A stretch of 28,934 nt of DNA from a virus (taxonomy: Duplodnaviria > Caudoviricetes). This document shows positions 8,476 to 18,900 of the stretch, piece by piece. A program made the position numbers and the translations under genes. Positions within the stretch are counted from its first letter, which is position 1; every line of letters begins with the position of its first letter. The notes beneath the pieces were generated by a model that saw only the letters and a list, made by a program, of their open reading frames with translations, did not search any database and was not told the DNA's origin. The DNA is taken from the IMG/VR virus record IMGVR_UViG_3300042988_000877, positions 1 through 28,934 of that record; one strand, 5' to 3'.

Positions 8476-9129
8476 ATGGACTATAACACGCTCATAGGGG
8501 CAGGAACGACTGCCGGAAGTCTTGCGAATTGGGCCAACTCCACCGCTGTGACAGGGGCCGCTCCCACGATTCTGGAAGAAGCGCAGGGCTGGGTTTACAG
8601 CCGCCTCCGCCACTGGCAGATGATTACCAGCACCAGCGGCACGGCGACCGCTTCCACAACGGCGCTGACACTGCCCACCAATTTTCTGGAAGACAAGAAG
8701 CTGCGTATTACCGGAACGGCGGCCATGACGCTTACCCGCAAACCGTTGCAGAATGTGATTGACGCGCAGACCTATGATAGCACCGGCGCGCGCGTGGCAA
8801 ACGCCCCCTCATACTATGCGAATGACGGCAGCAACCTCCAGTTCGATACGATGACGGATCAGGCCTATCCCTTCACGCTCTGGTTCTATGGCCGTCCGGC
8901 GCTGCTGGGAACGGCCTCCGCATCCAGCACCAATTTCCTGACTGGCAAGTATCCGCGCCTGCTGCGCTGTGCCGCGATGATTGGCGTGTGCGAGTTTATG
9001 AAGGATAACGGGGCTGGCGCCTACGACAAGAGTTATTGGGAAACCGAGGCGGAGAAAGAGCTGTCCAACGCCCAACGCGAATCCGACATGCACCAGCGTT
9101 CCGCAGAGGTGGAGGCCATCATTGAATGA
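8476..9129 (+). CDS. Head-tail adaptor (tail tubular A / P22 gp4-like position)
   Basis: 217 aa with ILEEAQ..YSRLR, LTLPTNFLE, PSYY and TNFLT.KYP.L motifs typical of podophage adaptors. Precedes the tail protein. Confidence 0.75.
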   Translation: MDYNTLIGAGTTAGSLANWANSTAVTGAAPTILEEAQGWVYSRLRHWQMITSTSGTATASTTALTLPTNFLEDKKLRITGTAAMTLTRKPLQNVIDAQTYDSTGARVANAPSYYANDGSNLQFDTMTDQAYPFTLWFYGRPALLGTASASSTNFLTGKYPRLLRCAAMIGVCEFMKDNGAGAYDKSYWETEAEKELSNAQRESDMHQRSAEVEAIIE

Positions 9130-11156
9130 CCTACATCCCGCTCAAATACCGGCCCGGAGTCTGCAAAACAAACTCCCCCTATACCGATTACATGGAGGGC
9201 GGGCGCATTACCAATATGCAGGGGTGCCGGTTCAACGCGGGCTATCCTGAAAAGCTGGGAAGAGAGTATAATCCCGGCTTCTCCGTTCTCTATAATATCG
9301 CGCGCGGCATCAAAGATATCCGCACCTCTACTGCCATCTTTCTGGTGACGGGCGAAACCGTCGAGCTGACACGGCAGACCATCACCTCCACTGGAATCAG
9401 TGCGACGCTGGCGACGCCTCTCCGTACCATCGGGACAAGCAATCTTGTCAACCCTTTCAATACCGTAAGCGGCACGAATCTGGTGACGGTGACGCATACG
9501 GCGCACCAGCAGCAGACTGGCGATTATGTGACGTTTGGCACGGCAACGGCGGGCGGGATTGTGATCGGCGGCGTTTACACCAACATTCAGGTAACTGGCA
9601 CCAATGCCTATACCTTCCTTGCGGTAGATAACGCCTCTGCGACGACAACCGCTGTGGGTGGCACGGTGGCCTATAACTATTATCGCTCGACGCTCACGAA
9701 CCCCTTCGCGGTAACGACCGGGGTAGGAACGGCTACGGTGACGCATACGGCACACGGCGCGCTGGCCGGAGATTCCGTGGTGATTGCGGGAGCAAGTGCC
9801 GTCGGAGGGATCACTCCTTCCGGGCGCTATTCCATCGAAAGCGTGCCAAATGCCAATACCTATACGATTGTGCATGGAACCAATGCATCAGCCACGGCCA
9901 CAGGCGGAGGCACGCCAAATTTCCTCTATAGCATCAACAACGATTCCGGGCGTATCTGGTCGCTACCGCGCTACGGAACCCAGCTTCTTGCCTCTCCGGT
10001 GGGAGGAACCATCTATGTCTGGGATTCTCAGGTTAATGATCTGAGCCGCGCCTATCCCCTGAATGGCGCTCCTTCCGGCGTGCGCGCCACGTTCGTGACG
10101 CCTGAGCGGTTTCTTTTCGCGCTCGGGAATTCTACCAACCTTATGCAGGTGCGCTGGCCTGATCAGGAAGACTACACGGATTGGGAAGCTACGCCGAATA
10201 ATACGGCCAATACCCGCACGCTTCAGGAAGGCTCTCGACTGGTGGGAGGGATTGGGGTGAGGGATGGGGTGAGCCTTGTTCTGTCGGATACGGCCTGCTA
10301 CGCCTTCAATTATTCCGGCGACAGTTTTGTGTATAACTCTACCCTCGTCGGTCGCGGCTGTGGCCTCGCCGGGCCGCTGGCCATTGGGGAGCTGGGGGGC
10401 GCGGCTTTCTGGATTTCGGCCAGTGATTTATGGATGTGGAACGGGTCGCTCCAGAAAATACCCGCCGATGATATTTCAGATTATGTTTTCAGCGATCTGG
10501 ATACTGATAACCTCGACAAGTGCGTTGTCAGCACTATTGCGGAGAAAAACGAGGTGTGGTTCTGGTATCCTTCGCTGGAAGAAGGAATTGGCGAAAACAC
10601 CCGCTATGTGATCTACCATGCAGATCAGCAATGCTTTTCCACCGGGGTAGCTGGCGGAACCGTCTATGCCGCTGTGACCTCCATGCTGGATAACTTCAAC
10701 CCTACCTTTGAAGGCAGCAGCGAGCCTTATAAATCCCCCTATGTCACGATTACGGATGGGGGCGCTTCCCATTGTGTCCGGTTGTTTGACTACGACAAAA
10801 CGAACTATTCAAACGAGCTTATCTATCAGCAACGGGTGGATTACAGCTCGCTGGATATTTCCAACGGCAATAATCTGGTGGATGTCTTTGGCTTTATCCC
10901 TGATTTCAAGGTTTTCAGCACCAATACCGATAACACGTCATCCGCATCGCTTCGCGTCACTGTGCAAGACTATCCGCTGTCTACCAGTGGCACGCAGGGC
11001 ATTGCCTCCCGGTATGACTTCGCATCTCCCCCTACCCGAATTGATACCCGTCTGAGCGGGCGGTTGATTAATCATTCCTGGAGGATGAACAATTTCAACG
11101 ACTTCCGCATAGGGATTGCGCGCATTGATATTCAGCCGGGCGGGAATCGCCGATGA
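9126..11156 (+). CDS. Tail tube/nozzle (DNA-stabilisation, P22 gp10 / T7 gp12-like) protein with a duplicated inserted beta domain
   Basis: 676 aa. N-terminal RPGV...RF..GYPEKLG, central VRWPDQED..DW and NEVWFWYPS, and C-terminal IDTRLSGR and RIDIQPGG.R. ATGA coupling. Confidence 0.8.
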   Translation: MTYIPLKYRPGVCKTNSPYTDYMEGGRITNMQGCRFNAGYPEKLGREYNPGFSVLYNIARGIKDIRTSTAIFLVTGETVELTRQTITSTGISATLATPLRTIGTSNLVNPFNTVSGTNLVTVTHTAHQQQTGDYVTFGTATAGGIVIGGVYTNIQVTGTNAYTFLAVDNASATTTAVGGTVAYNYYRSTLTNPFAVTTGVGTATVTHTAHGALAGDSVVIAGASAVGGITPSGRYSIESVPNANTYTIVHGTNASATATGGGTPNFLYSINNDSGRIWSLPRYGTQLLASPVGGTIYVWDSQVNDLSRAYPLNGAPSGVRATFVTPERFLFALGNSTNLMQVRWPDQEDYTDWEATPNNTANTRTLQEGSRLVGGIGVRDGVSLVLSDTACYAFNYSGDSFVYNSTLVGRGCGLAGPLAIGELGGAAFWISASDLWMWNGSLQKIPADDISDYVFSDLDTDNLDKCVVSTIAEKNEVWFWYPSLEEGIGENTRYVIYHADQQCFSTGVAGGTVYAAVTSMLDNFNPTFEGSSEPYKSPYVTITDGGASHCVRLFDYDKTNYSNELIYQQRVDYSSLDISNGNNLVDVFGFIPDFKVFSTNTDNTSSASLRVTVQDYPLSTSGTQGIASRYDFASPPTRIDTRLSGRLINHSWRMNNFNDFRIGIARIDIQPGGNRR

Positions 11157-11452
11157 AGCGCGTTGTTCTTCCTACCCCTCCTGATCCGGCTTTCTACCCA
11201 AACAACCCGCTTGCATGGCAGAGAGCGGTTCATGAATGGATGAACCAGACAAAATTCGCGCTGGAGCAGGCCAGCCAGATTAACGACACGCCTCTGGATC
11301 AGGCGTTTCAGGTGTCCGGTTCCTATGCCATCACCACGGCGATTTCCGGCACCAGCACCGGCACCCAGATTACGGAGTTTCTCTGCTCACTCGTTGCGGC
11401 CATGAACCGCAAGGGAATCACCTCTTCAAAGCCGCAAACCGTCGCGCAATAA
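11153..11452 (+). CDS. Small virion-associated protein (99 aa)
   Basis: ATGA overlap, Pro-rich N-terminus (LPTPPDP) followed by a helix. Typical position after the tail tube gene. Confidence 0.7.
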   Translation: MKRVVLPTPPDPAFYPNNPLAWQRAVHEWMNQTKFALEQASQINDTPLDQAFQVSGSYAITTAISGTSTGTQITEFLCSLVAAMNRKGITSSKPQTVAQ

Positions 11453-11521
11453 TTGCGTGGGGCCGGACTGCCTAGCCGCAGTTGCTTCAGTTAAAATCCA
11501 TCTTGTAACAGGAGATGCAAG

Positions 11522-12607
11522 ATGAATCTTGGTATGGGCCTCATTCCTACAATTGTAGATCAGTTCCAACAAGGAGGCCCAGGGTCCCTCGGATTGGTTC
11601 AGCAAATGATGAGTAGCGATTCCAGTAATGGTCTTGGGCTAATCCAAAATCTCATGGGAGCTGATAAGAAAGACAATCCAAAGTCGGAGTCAGGCCCATT
11701 TATGCGGGCAGCGCAAGCATCGACGCCTACGGCAGGATTAAACCAGCGATCAATCAAACCACTCGAACAGCAAGGTCGTTTTGGTGATTCGATGATAGCC
11801 CACATGACCCCCGGCGAGATTGCTGTCCCTCCGGAATTGCAGACCCCGCAGGTTCTGGCGACGCTGAATACGGAATACGGCAAGCAAGGTGTCTCTCCCC
11901 AGCAGTTCCAGGCAGGAAATCCACAGGCCAGCGTGAACCCTGAAACCGGGGTGCAGGAGTTCAGTTTCCTAAGCTCTATTCTCCCTATCGCCCTTGCCGT
12001 GGCCGGTAACTATTTCGCTCCCGGAATTGGATCAAGCCTTGGCATGGCGGCGGGGAGTACGGCCTCGGCAGCTCTCCCGCACCTTCTCAGCGCGGGCGGC
12101 GCGGGGCTAGGGACGCTACTGGCTGGCGGCAAGGGGAATCAGGCGCTCACCGCAGCATTGGCCAGTGGCCTCGGCGGCTATGCGATGGATAAGGCTTTCG
12201 GCTCTGCTTCCGCAGCGCAGGCAGCAAAAGAAGCAGGCAAGGCCGGAGGCGGCGCAGCCGCTGGCAGTCTTTCCTCCCCGTCGATTGATGCAGGAGGAGG
12301 ATCTGGTTTTAATGAATGGCTCACGAATCTTGGAGACTTCAGCCAGAAGCAGGCCACCACTTTGCCGTGGCAGGATCAGTATGGGATTGATTTAGCGCAG
12401 GCGGCACCCCAAGCGGCATCGTCATGGACGGATAGCCTTCCCCGCATGGCGGGGATTGCGGGTGGCGCCTATCTTGGCTCGCAGGCAGGGGCGCCCGTAG
12501 AGCAAGCCAGAATCCCGCAGGATGAGCGGAGGCTGACTCCGCTGGATAAATTGCCTCCGCCGGGAGTGTTGCTGGGCAGGCGTCCTTATAGCGGAGCGTA
12601 TCAATGA
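11522..12607 (+). CDS. Putative internal virion/ejection protein
   Basis: RBS AGGAG. Contains GRFGDSMIAHMTPGE and VNPETGVQEF motifs followed by Gly/Ala-rich hydrophobic segments. Confidence 0.7.
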   Translation: MNLGMGLIPTIVDQFQQGGPGSLGLVQQMMSSDSSNGLGLIQNLMGADKKDNPKSESGPFMRAAQASTPTAGLNQRSIKPLEQQGRFGDSMIAHMTPGEIAVPPELQTPQVLATLNTEYGKQGVSPQQFQAGNPQASVNPETGVQEFSFLSSILPIALAVAGNYFAPGIGSSLGMAAGSTASAALPHLLSAGGAGLGTLLAGGKGNQALTAALASGLGGYAMDKAFGSASAAQAAKEAGKAGGGAAAGSLSSPSIDAGGGSGFNEWLTNLGDFSQKQATTLPWQDQYGIDLAQAAPQAASSWTDSLPRMAGIAGGAYLGSQAGAPVEQARIPQDERRLTPLDKLPPPGVLLGRRPYSGAYQ

Positions 12608-13695
12608 CAGCAGACGCAGCACAGCAAGGCGGATATTCTCAGCAATCCGGCGGCCCCGTGACCTTCGGTGGTACGGCGCAGCAGGCGATAGAGAAGCAGG
12701 CGCAGAATCAGGCGAATCTAAAAGGGCTTACGACAGATCAGAAGCGGGCTACGAACCTCTCGCACTCGCTGGATATTCTACCCGCAGACAAGACGGCCAC
12801 GGGCGGCGTGGTGCAGCGCACGCTTGATTCCATCCCCGGTTCTCAGGCCTATTACAACAAGCTGTGGACGAATGGCGCGGAGGAGTCCCCGGCGACCATG
12901 CAGCAGCTTCTGGCTGGCAACTGGAACCCTGACTATATCCAGATGGCGGGCAACAAGGATCAGCAACGCCCCTGGCAGAGCTACATCACCCCGATGAACG
13001 CTTTCACCAATGCTTCGCGCGGATTCACCGTAGAGCAGGCGAATGAGCTTGCCGGTATCCCCGGCGGGCAGGCATGGGCAAGCCCCGTCATGACAGCAGA
13101 ACAGCCAGCAGAAGAGATTCCGCAACCGGGTTTTCCCTCCTCCCCGGCAGGCGGAACGGGCGGCTCCTCTACCGGTAATACCGGGGGAGTCGGTACGGGT
13201 GGCGGGGGCGGCACCTCTCCCACTTCCTCCGCCACCAAGCCCGCGACGATCTTCCCCAGCGTCAACCCCGTAGCCGCACCAATTCCCACGCGCCCGCTGA
13301 CGGTGAACAAAGGGAGCAACCTCTTCCCCAATATCGTTCCTCTGGACACTTCCTCCGGGTGGAATCAGGAGATTGCCACGGCCTACGGCATTGATCAGAA
13401 ACTCCTGCGCCCCGGTGAAACGGCAACCAACGGGTTACTGGAGGAGCGCGCCCGCAATGCTGGCTATGACCTGCAACCTGTCATGGAATACTACAACAGC
13501 CTTGTCCCGAAGAAGGCTTCATCCTCCACGTCCTCATCCGGCCTCACGGCGGAGCAGGCAAAGGCCACGAAAATCGCGCAATCCATGGGCTTATTGAGCA
13601 AGTCACAGACGGCCACGGGCGGCACGCTGGACGCAATCCTAAAGAAGCAGCCCGCCTCCGTGCAGCAGCAATACTGGAGCAAATACAATGCCTGA
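12604..13695 (+). CDS. Putative internal virion protein with three TAT[GN]G repeats
   Basis: ATGA overlap, Gln/Gly/Ser/Pro-rich linkers, and location within the ejection-protein block. Confidence 0.65.
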   Translation: MTADAAQQGGYSQQSGGPVTFGGTAQQAIEKQAQNQANLKGLTTDQKRATNLSHSLDILPADKTATGGVVQRTLDSIPGSQAYYNKLWTNGAEESPATMQQLLAGNWNPDYIQMAGNKDQQRPWQSYITPMNAFTNASRGFTVEQANELAGIPGGQAWASPVMTAEQPAEEIPQPGFPSSPAGGTGGSSTGNTGGVGTGGGGGTSPTSSATKPATIFPSVNPVAAPIPTRPLTVNKGSNLFPNIVPLDTSSGWNQEIATAYGIDQKLLRPGETATNGLLEERARNAGYDLQPVMEYYNSLVPKKASSSTSSSGLTAEQAKATKIAQSMGLLSKSQTATGGTLDAILKKQPASVQQQYWSKYNA

Positions 13696-14113
13696 CGCTC
13701 CGTTTGTCACCATGGTTTATCCGGTTAACGTCATCCCGCTATGGGAGCAGGCGGCAAAACTGCTTGAGCCTGCTGTGGCGCGCTCTGGCACGCATGAGAT
13801 GGAAGACGTGCGCCGCTGCATTATGGCCGGGAACGCCCAGCTCTGGGTGCAGTGGAATGATGGCATCTGCGAAGCGGCCATTGTGACGGAGTTCAAGCAC
13901 TACCCAAAAGGCCTCTGGCTCCACATCTGGCTGGCCGGAGCGGAAGGCTTGAATGACGACCTTCTGGAGCAGCAGATCTTCCGGTTCGCGGAGGAGAGTA
14001 ATTGTGCAGGCGTATCGTGGACGGGGCGGCCCGGATGGAAACGCCGCCGCAGCAACCTGAACCTGAACACGCAGAACGTGGTTTATCACTTCGATATGAA
14101 GAGGAGCGCATAA
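13688..14113 (+). CDS. GNAT-like virion assembly protein (P22 gp14 / T7 gp13-like position)
   Basis: QLWV...AAIVTEF..YP...LHIWLAG...GRPGWKR pattern. Both ends overlap neighbouring genes. Confidence 0.7.
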   Translation: MPDAPFVTMVYPVNVIPLWEQAAKLLEPAVARSGTHEMEDVRRCIMAGNAQLWVQWNDGICEAAIVTEFKHYPKGLWLHIWLAGAEGLNDDLLEQQIFRFAEESNCAGVSWTGRPGWKRRRSNLNLNTQNVVYHFDMKRSA

Positions 14114-14970
14114 TGGATAGCGGTGGCGGCGGCCAGCAAACAGTAACGCAGGTGCAGCAGATTCCTGAATGGCAGAAAGACTTCTCCATGGAGAACATGG
14201 ATATTGCCCGCTCGCTCGCTGCACAGCCTTACCCTGAATATCAGGGGCAGATCATCGCGGATTTCTCCCCGCAGCAGCAGGCGGCGCTTGGGATGACCGG
14301 CGAGGCATCAACCGCATGGCAGCCGGGGGTCGGTGAAGCGGAGAACATGACGCGGCAGGCGGCGGGTGGATGGAATACCGGCGCGGCGGCGCAATATATG
14401 TCTCCCTTCCTTATGGCCTCGCTGGAGCCGCAATTGCAGGCGCATGACCTGAATATGCAGCAACGGCTGAAGGGCGACAATGCCGCTGCAACGCGGGCCG
14501 GTGCTTTTGGGGATTCACGCCATGGCATTGAGCGTTCCATGGACAAGTTCTTTGGCGATATGACGCGAAACAATATCATCTCCACAGGGCTGAATCAGGG
14601 TTACAACACCGGGCAGGCAGCCTTCCAGACCGATCAGGCGCGCAAGCAATCGGCAGGGGCGCAGATGGGAACGCTTGCCGGAACCCGTCAGCAGCTTGGC
14701 ATTGAGGGGGCCAACGCGCTGTTTAACGCTGGAGGCCAGCAGCAGCAGCAACACCAGCAGATTCTCAATAAGGCTTACGAGAACTTCATGAACAAGGTGA
14801 ATTGGGACAGAGAGCAGCTCAACCTGCGTATCGCGGCGCTGGCCAACGCTCCTTATTCCAAGACGAATATCGAATCACTTGCTCCCACCAATGCCACGGC
14901 GCAACAGATTGGCGCGTTCTCGGCGCTGGCGGGGATGCTGGGTAAAGGCGGAGTCTTTGGGAGTCAGTAA
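14113..14970 (+). CDS. DNA pilot/transfer (ejection) protein (285 aa)
   Basis: ATG 14113 with GAGGAG RBS and TAATG overlap, preferred to 14002. Has MDSGGGGQQTVTQ..IPEW, QYMSPF and AGAFGDSR motifs, is Gln/Ala-rich, and ends in a Gly-rich hydrophobic segment. Confidence 0.78.
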   Translation: MDSGGGGQQTVTQVQQIPEWQKDFSMENMDIARSLAAQPYPEYQGQIIADFSPQQQAALGMTGEASTAWQPGVGEAENMTRQAAGGWNTGAAAQYMSPFLMASLEPQLQAHDLNMQQRLKGDNAAATRAGAFGDSRHGIERSMDKFFGDMTRNNIISTGLNQGYNTGQAAFQTDQARKQSAGAQMGTLAGTRQQLGIEGANALFNAGGQQQQQHQQILNKAYENFMNKVNWDREQLNLRIAALANAPYSKTNIESLAPTNATAQQIGAFSALAGMLGKGGVFGSQ

Positions 14971-15911
14971 TGCCGATAGACAAGAATTTCTATGATACCC
15001 TCACGAATTTTGGTTTCGGCGCCATGGCAGCGGGCGGGCAGCCGGGAGCCACTACGCTCGGCGCGCTGGGCTATGGCGGCATGAATGCGTTGCAGGCGGA
15101 TGAGCAGCGCAGGCTGAAAGAGGCACAGGAGAAATACCTGGCGCAGAACATGCTGAACAAACAGATCGAGAACGCCACCCTGCTGCGTGGCATCAACGCC
15201 CGCAATCGCTATCAGGGTCTTGCCCCGGTAACTCTCCCCGGAGTACCGGAAGAACTCATGGGAAGCGGCCCGATCGGTGGCGCGCAGGGCGGCGGAAGCC
15301 GAGCGGATGCCATTGCCTACGGGGAGGAGTGGCCAACTACACCGGATGAGGCGCGGCAAGCATTAGGCATGGAGGGAATCTCCGAATATAAAGCCAAGGC
15401 GTTGACGGACTGGCTGAACAAGAACGAGATGACCGCCTACCAAAAGCAGCGCCTTGGGATTATGGCGAGCCGTGGCAGCGGTGGCGGTGGCTCTGGCGGC
15501 AAACCCAAGGACACCGGCCCTACCACCCTGAAGAATTTTATTGGCCGCCTCAGCATGGAATATCCCGACATGATAGATCCAGAGACAAAATACTGGTCGG
15601 ATGCGATAGATCCAGCCATGGCGCAGCGGCTGGAGCGCAGCTTCATGAAGAACTACCGCTCGGTGAAAGACTTTGAGGGGGCCTACGCGCAGACGATGGA
15701 CGAAGTGACCGGCGGCAGGGGCTTCACGATGGAGGGCGAGTGGAATCCCTTTGCCGACAATCGCTATTCTGTGCCGGGTATGGAGGACGCTCAACAGGAA
15801 GGAGCGCCCGCCTACTCACCGGAGGATATTGCCTTCACGGCGCAGAAGCATGGCATTTCAGAGGATGAAGTAAGGAAAAGGCTTGGAATCTCCGCAACCG
15901 GGGGACGCTGA
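14970..15911 (+). CDS. Putative internal virion protein (313 aa)
   Basis: TAATG overlap, Gly/Ala-rich N-terminus followed by a coiled coil, and a C-terminal EDIAFTAQKHGISEDEVRKRLG helical motif. Confidence 0.7.
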   Translation: MPIDKNFYDTLTNFGFGAMAAGGQPGATTLGALGYGGMNALQADEQRRLKEAQEKYLAQNMLNKQIENATLLRGINARNRYQGLAPVTLPGVPEELMGSGPIGGAQGGGSRADAIAYGEEWPTTPDEARQALGMEGISEYKAKALTDWLNKNEMTAYQKQRLGIMASRGSGGGGSGGKPKDTGPTTLKNFIGRLSMEYPDMIDPETKYWSDAIDPAMAQRLERSFMKNYRSVKDFEGAYAQTMDEVTGGRGFTMEGEWNPFADNRYSVPGMEDAQQEGAPAYSPEDIAFTAQKHGISEDEVRKRLGISATGGR

Positions 15912-18900
15912 TGCCCAGGGATTTATTCGAGGGACAGACAGCCGCTCCGCAGACTCCCTCCATGCCTCGCCAGCCCAGGGATTTATTTGCAGGACAGACG
16001 CGCCAGCAGGAGGTTGATTCCTACGAGCAGCAGGGCGGCGGCTTTCTGCCCGCGATGGAGCGTGGTTTCCGCAGGCAGAAACAGTCATTGCTTGCCGCCA
16101 CGGAGCAGGGAACGCGAAACAACATTGACATAAAGAGGCGCCTGCTTGAAGGGGCAGACCCAACCAGCCACGGCGCAAAAGTTCTCCAGCAGGAAATAGA
16201 TTTCCTGGAGCAGACTCAGCCCTCTATCGAATCTTCCTTAAGGGGAGAGCAGGAGAAGATAAAGGGCATCCCGATGCACCCGACCATGCAACGGATGTCG
16301 GAGGCCGGAGCCGGTAAGGAAGGCTTCTTCGATACTGCCGGTGCAATGTGGGATGAGTTTGTCGATTCTCCCGACAAGGCGGGATTTGCCATAGATCTTG
16401 CCGGGGAGCAGATACCGAACATGGCGGCGACCCTGCTGCTATCGCGTGGTATGGGCGGCCCAGCTATGGGCATGGCCCCCGGTGCGGCGCAGAAGGCCGC
16501 GCAAATGGCGGCGGTTGGCGGAGGCGCTGGCGCAGGTTCTTTCCTTAGCACCTATGGCCCGAATGTAGGTGGCTATCTTGATCAGGGAGAGAGCATTGAA
16601 ACCGCACAGCAGAAGGGGAGAACACGCTCCGCCACGCAGGCTGCGGTGGATGCGGCGACCGGCGCGCTTGTCCCGGTGCGTATCGGCCCGAATCAGTTTG
16701 TGAATATCCCTGCGCAAACCGCGTTGCAGATGGCAGGCGGCGGCGGCGGCGAGTATCTGGCGGCGAAAAGCGTGGGTGAAAACCCGGAGATGCAGGATGT
16801 GGTGCTGGAGGGCGCACTGGAAGCAATTGGCCTGCCGGGTGATGTTGCGGCGGCGGCAATGGTTCGCCCGACAATAGGCCAGAAAAAACCGGCAGCGCCG
16901 GAAATACAGAGCGGTGAAGTAAGCACGCCCCGGCCCCCGCGTGATTTGCTGGAAGGCCCGAAGATTGCAGGACTGTTGCCAGCTCCGGCCATACGCCTGC
17001 CAGACCAGAGCCAACCGCCGGTGGAGCCGACACTGGCCCTGCCTGCCCCCCGGCCCAGCGAGGCGGAGTTCCGCGTTTCTCCTGAAGGCACGGTAACGCG
17101 CCCGACGGAAAGCGAAGTGATGCAGCAGATGAAGCTGCGGCAGGAAATGGGCGATATTGGCCTGACGCCGGACGTGATCGAAGCGCAACGCAAGATGATG
17201 ATGCCACGCCCGGTGGAGCAGCCCGCTCCTGCCATGCCCAGACTTCCCGCACCCCGACAGACAGCCGTGGCGAATCCTCCGGCCATGCCCCAGCCGAAAC
17301 TGCCGAAGATGGCGGCAACGCGGCAACTTCCCCCAATTGACACGCTTACGCCCCAGACGGCGGAAACCGCTATGGCGCAGGCCGAGCAACTGCATGATCG
17401 CATGAAAGACCCTGCCGTGAAGGAGGAGATCAAGCGTTATGCGGAACAGGCGGCAGAGATTGCCGTGCAGAAATACCAGAACCGCAAGCCGGAGGCCGTG
17501 AGGCAGAAGCCCGCGCCGGTGAAGGCAGTGGAACGCCAGAGAAAACCCGTTGGCCTGCTGGAGTTTTTGGCGAGCATTGGCGGCCTGCGGGATGACCGTG
17601 GCGACCTGAAGGCCATGAATGCGGAACTGTGGCATCGCGGTGCGCCATTCCGCCGGAGGCTGGTGAGTGAAAACGGGCAATCACTGGATTACGCACGGGA
17701 AGCGGCGCAGGAAGCTGGCTATGGAAACTTTGAGACTCAGGCGGATCTGCTGGATGCCATTGATATGGCCTTGTCGGGCAGGCCAGTCTGGCGTCAGGCG
17801 GATCAGGGCTATGTCGCACCGCAACAGCAAACGGATGACCCGGACTATGAGGCATGGTGGAAAGAGCAAGACCTTCTGGGCCGTGCCGAGCAGTACGGAA
17901 TCAACACGGAAAACAGGCCGGTTGCTGATGTAATGGAAGAAGTCGCTGAACGCGAAGCGATTATGGCCGAGGCTGAACTAGCCGATGCGGAGAGACGGAA
18001 AATAGACGATAGCATCGACGGTGCGTTATTGCAGAATCTTCCCGATGTTGCCGATAAGCTGGAATCCAATGGATTTTTTGATGAATTTGATATACCATTC
18101 GAGGATGAAGATGCAGGAAGAAGAAGCGCTGTTTTATCTCAACCGCAGTATCCGGCGGAGCAATCTCCTGCGGCAAGCGGCCCGCGAATCCAAGCTGCCG
18201 GACGACCGGCGGATATTGTCGCAACTGGCAAGGATGCAGGATCACGCGACGCGGCTGGCCCAGAAAGCGGTGCGGTTCGCCCGGCAACCGTAGAGCAAAC
18301 GCCGGCAGGTGAGCAGGCGGTAATTCCAGGTGCTGAGAAAATCCCAGATCGCCAATTGGCAGAGCGCAAGATGGAAGGCGGCCTCAAGGCCAGCAAGCCC
18401 CAGAAAGCTCCTGGTGAAGACGGTGGGTTATTCGATACCGGCGCGCGGCAGCAGACGGATATTTTTGATGCTCCCACAACTAAAAGGCAGTGGGACGATC
18501 TTACCCAGAGCGGTCAGATAAAGAATCTCTCGCAGGAGCAGCTTGCGGAAACTTACCAATCGTTGACAAAAGCCGGGGTGATAAACAAGCCTGTGGGCAA
18601 ACCTTCGAAGCTCCCCACCAAACCTACGGAGTCAGCTCCGCAGGTTTCAGAGAAAGAACCCATTAAACTCACCAAGCGCGGAGACTTCTACGAAGCATAT
18701 GGTGAGGATGCGCGGCTCATTGCCAAAGAGCTTGAGCTTGCTGTGACAAAGCGTGACGGCGTGGAAAGCGTTGGACTTCCTGCTCATTCTCTCGAAGGCA
18801 ATATCGAAAAACTGGCAGAGGCTGGTATTGATGTGGAGAAGCGGCCCAACATCCGCGCCTCATACTTTGAAGATATTGGGTATGGGCCTCGCTTCCATGA

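Noticed and set aside
16439-17680. Several long minus-strand ORFs (413, 263 and 246 aa)
   Set aside because: They lie opposite the GC-rich Pro/Ala region of the giant gene and have low-complexity translations.
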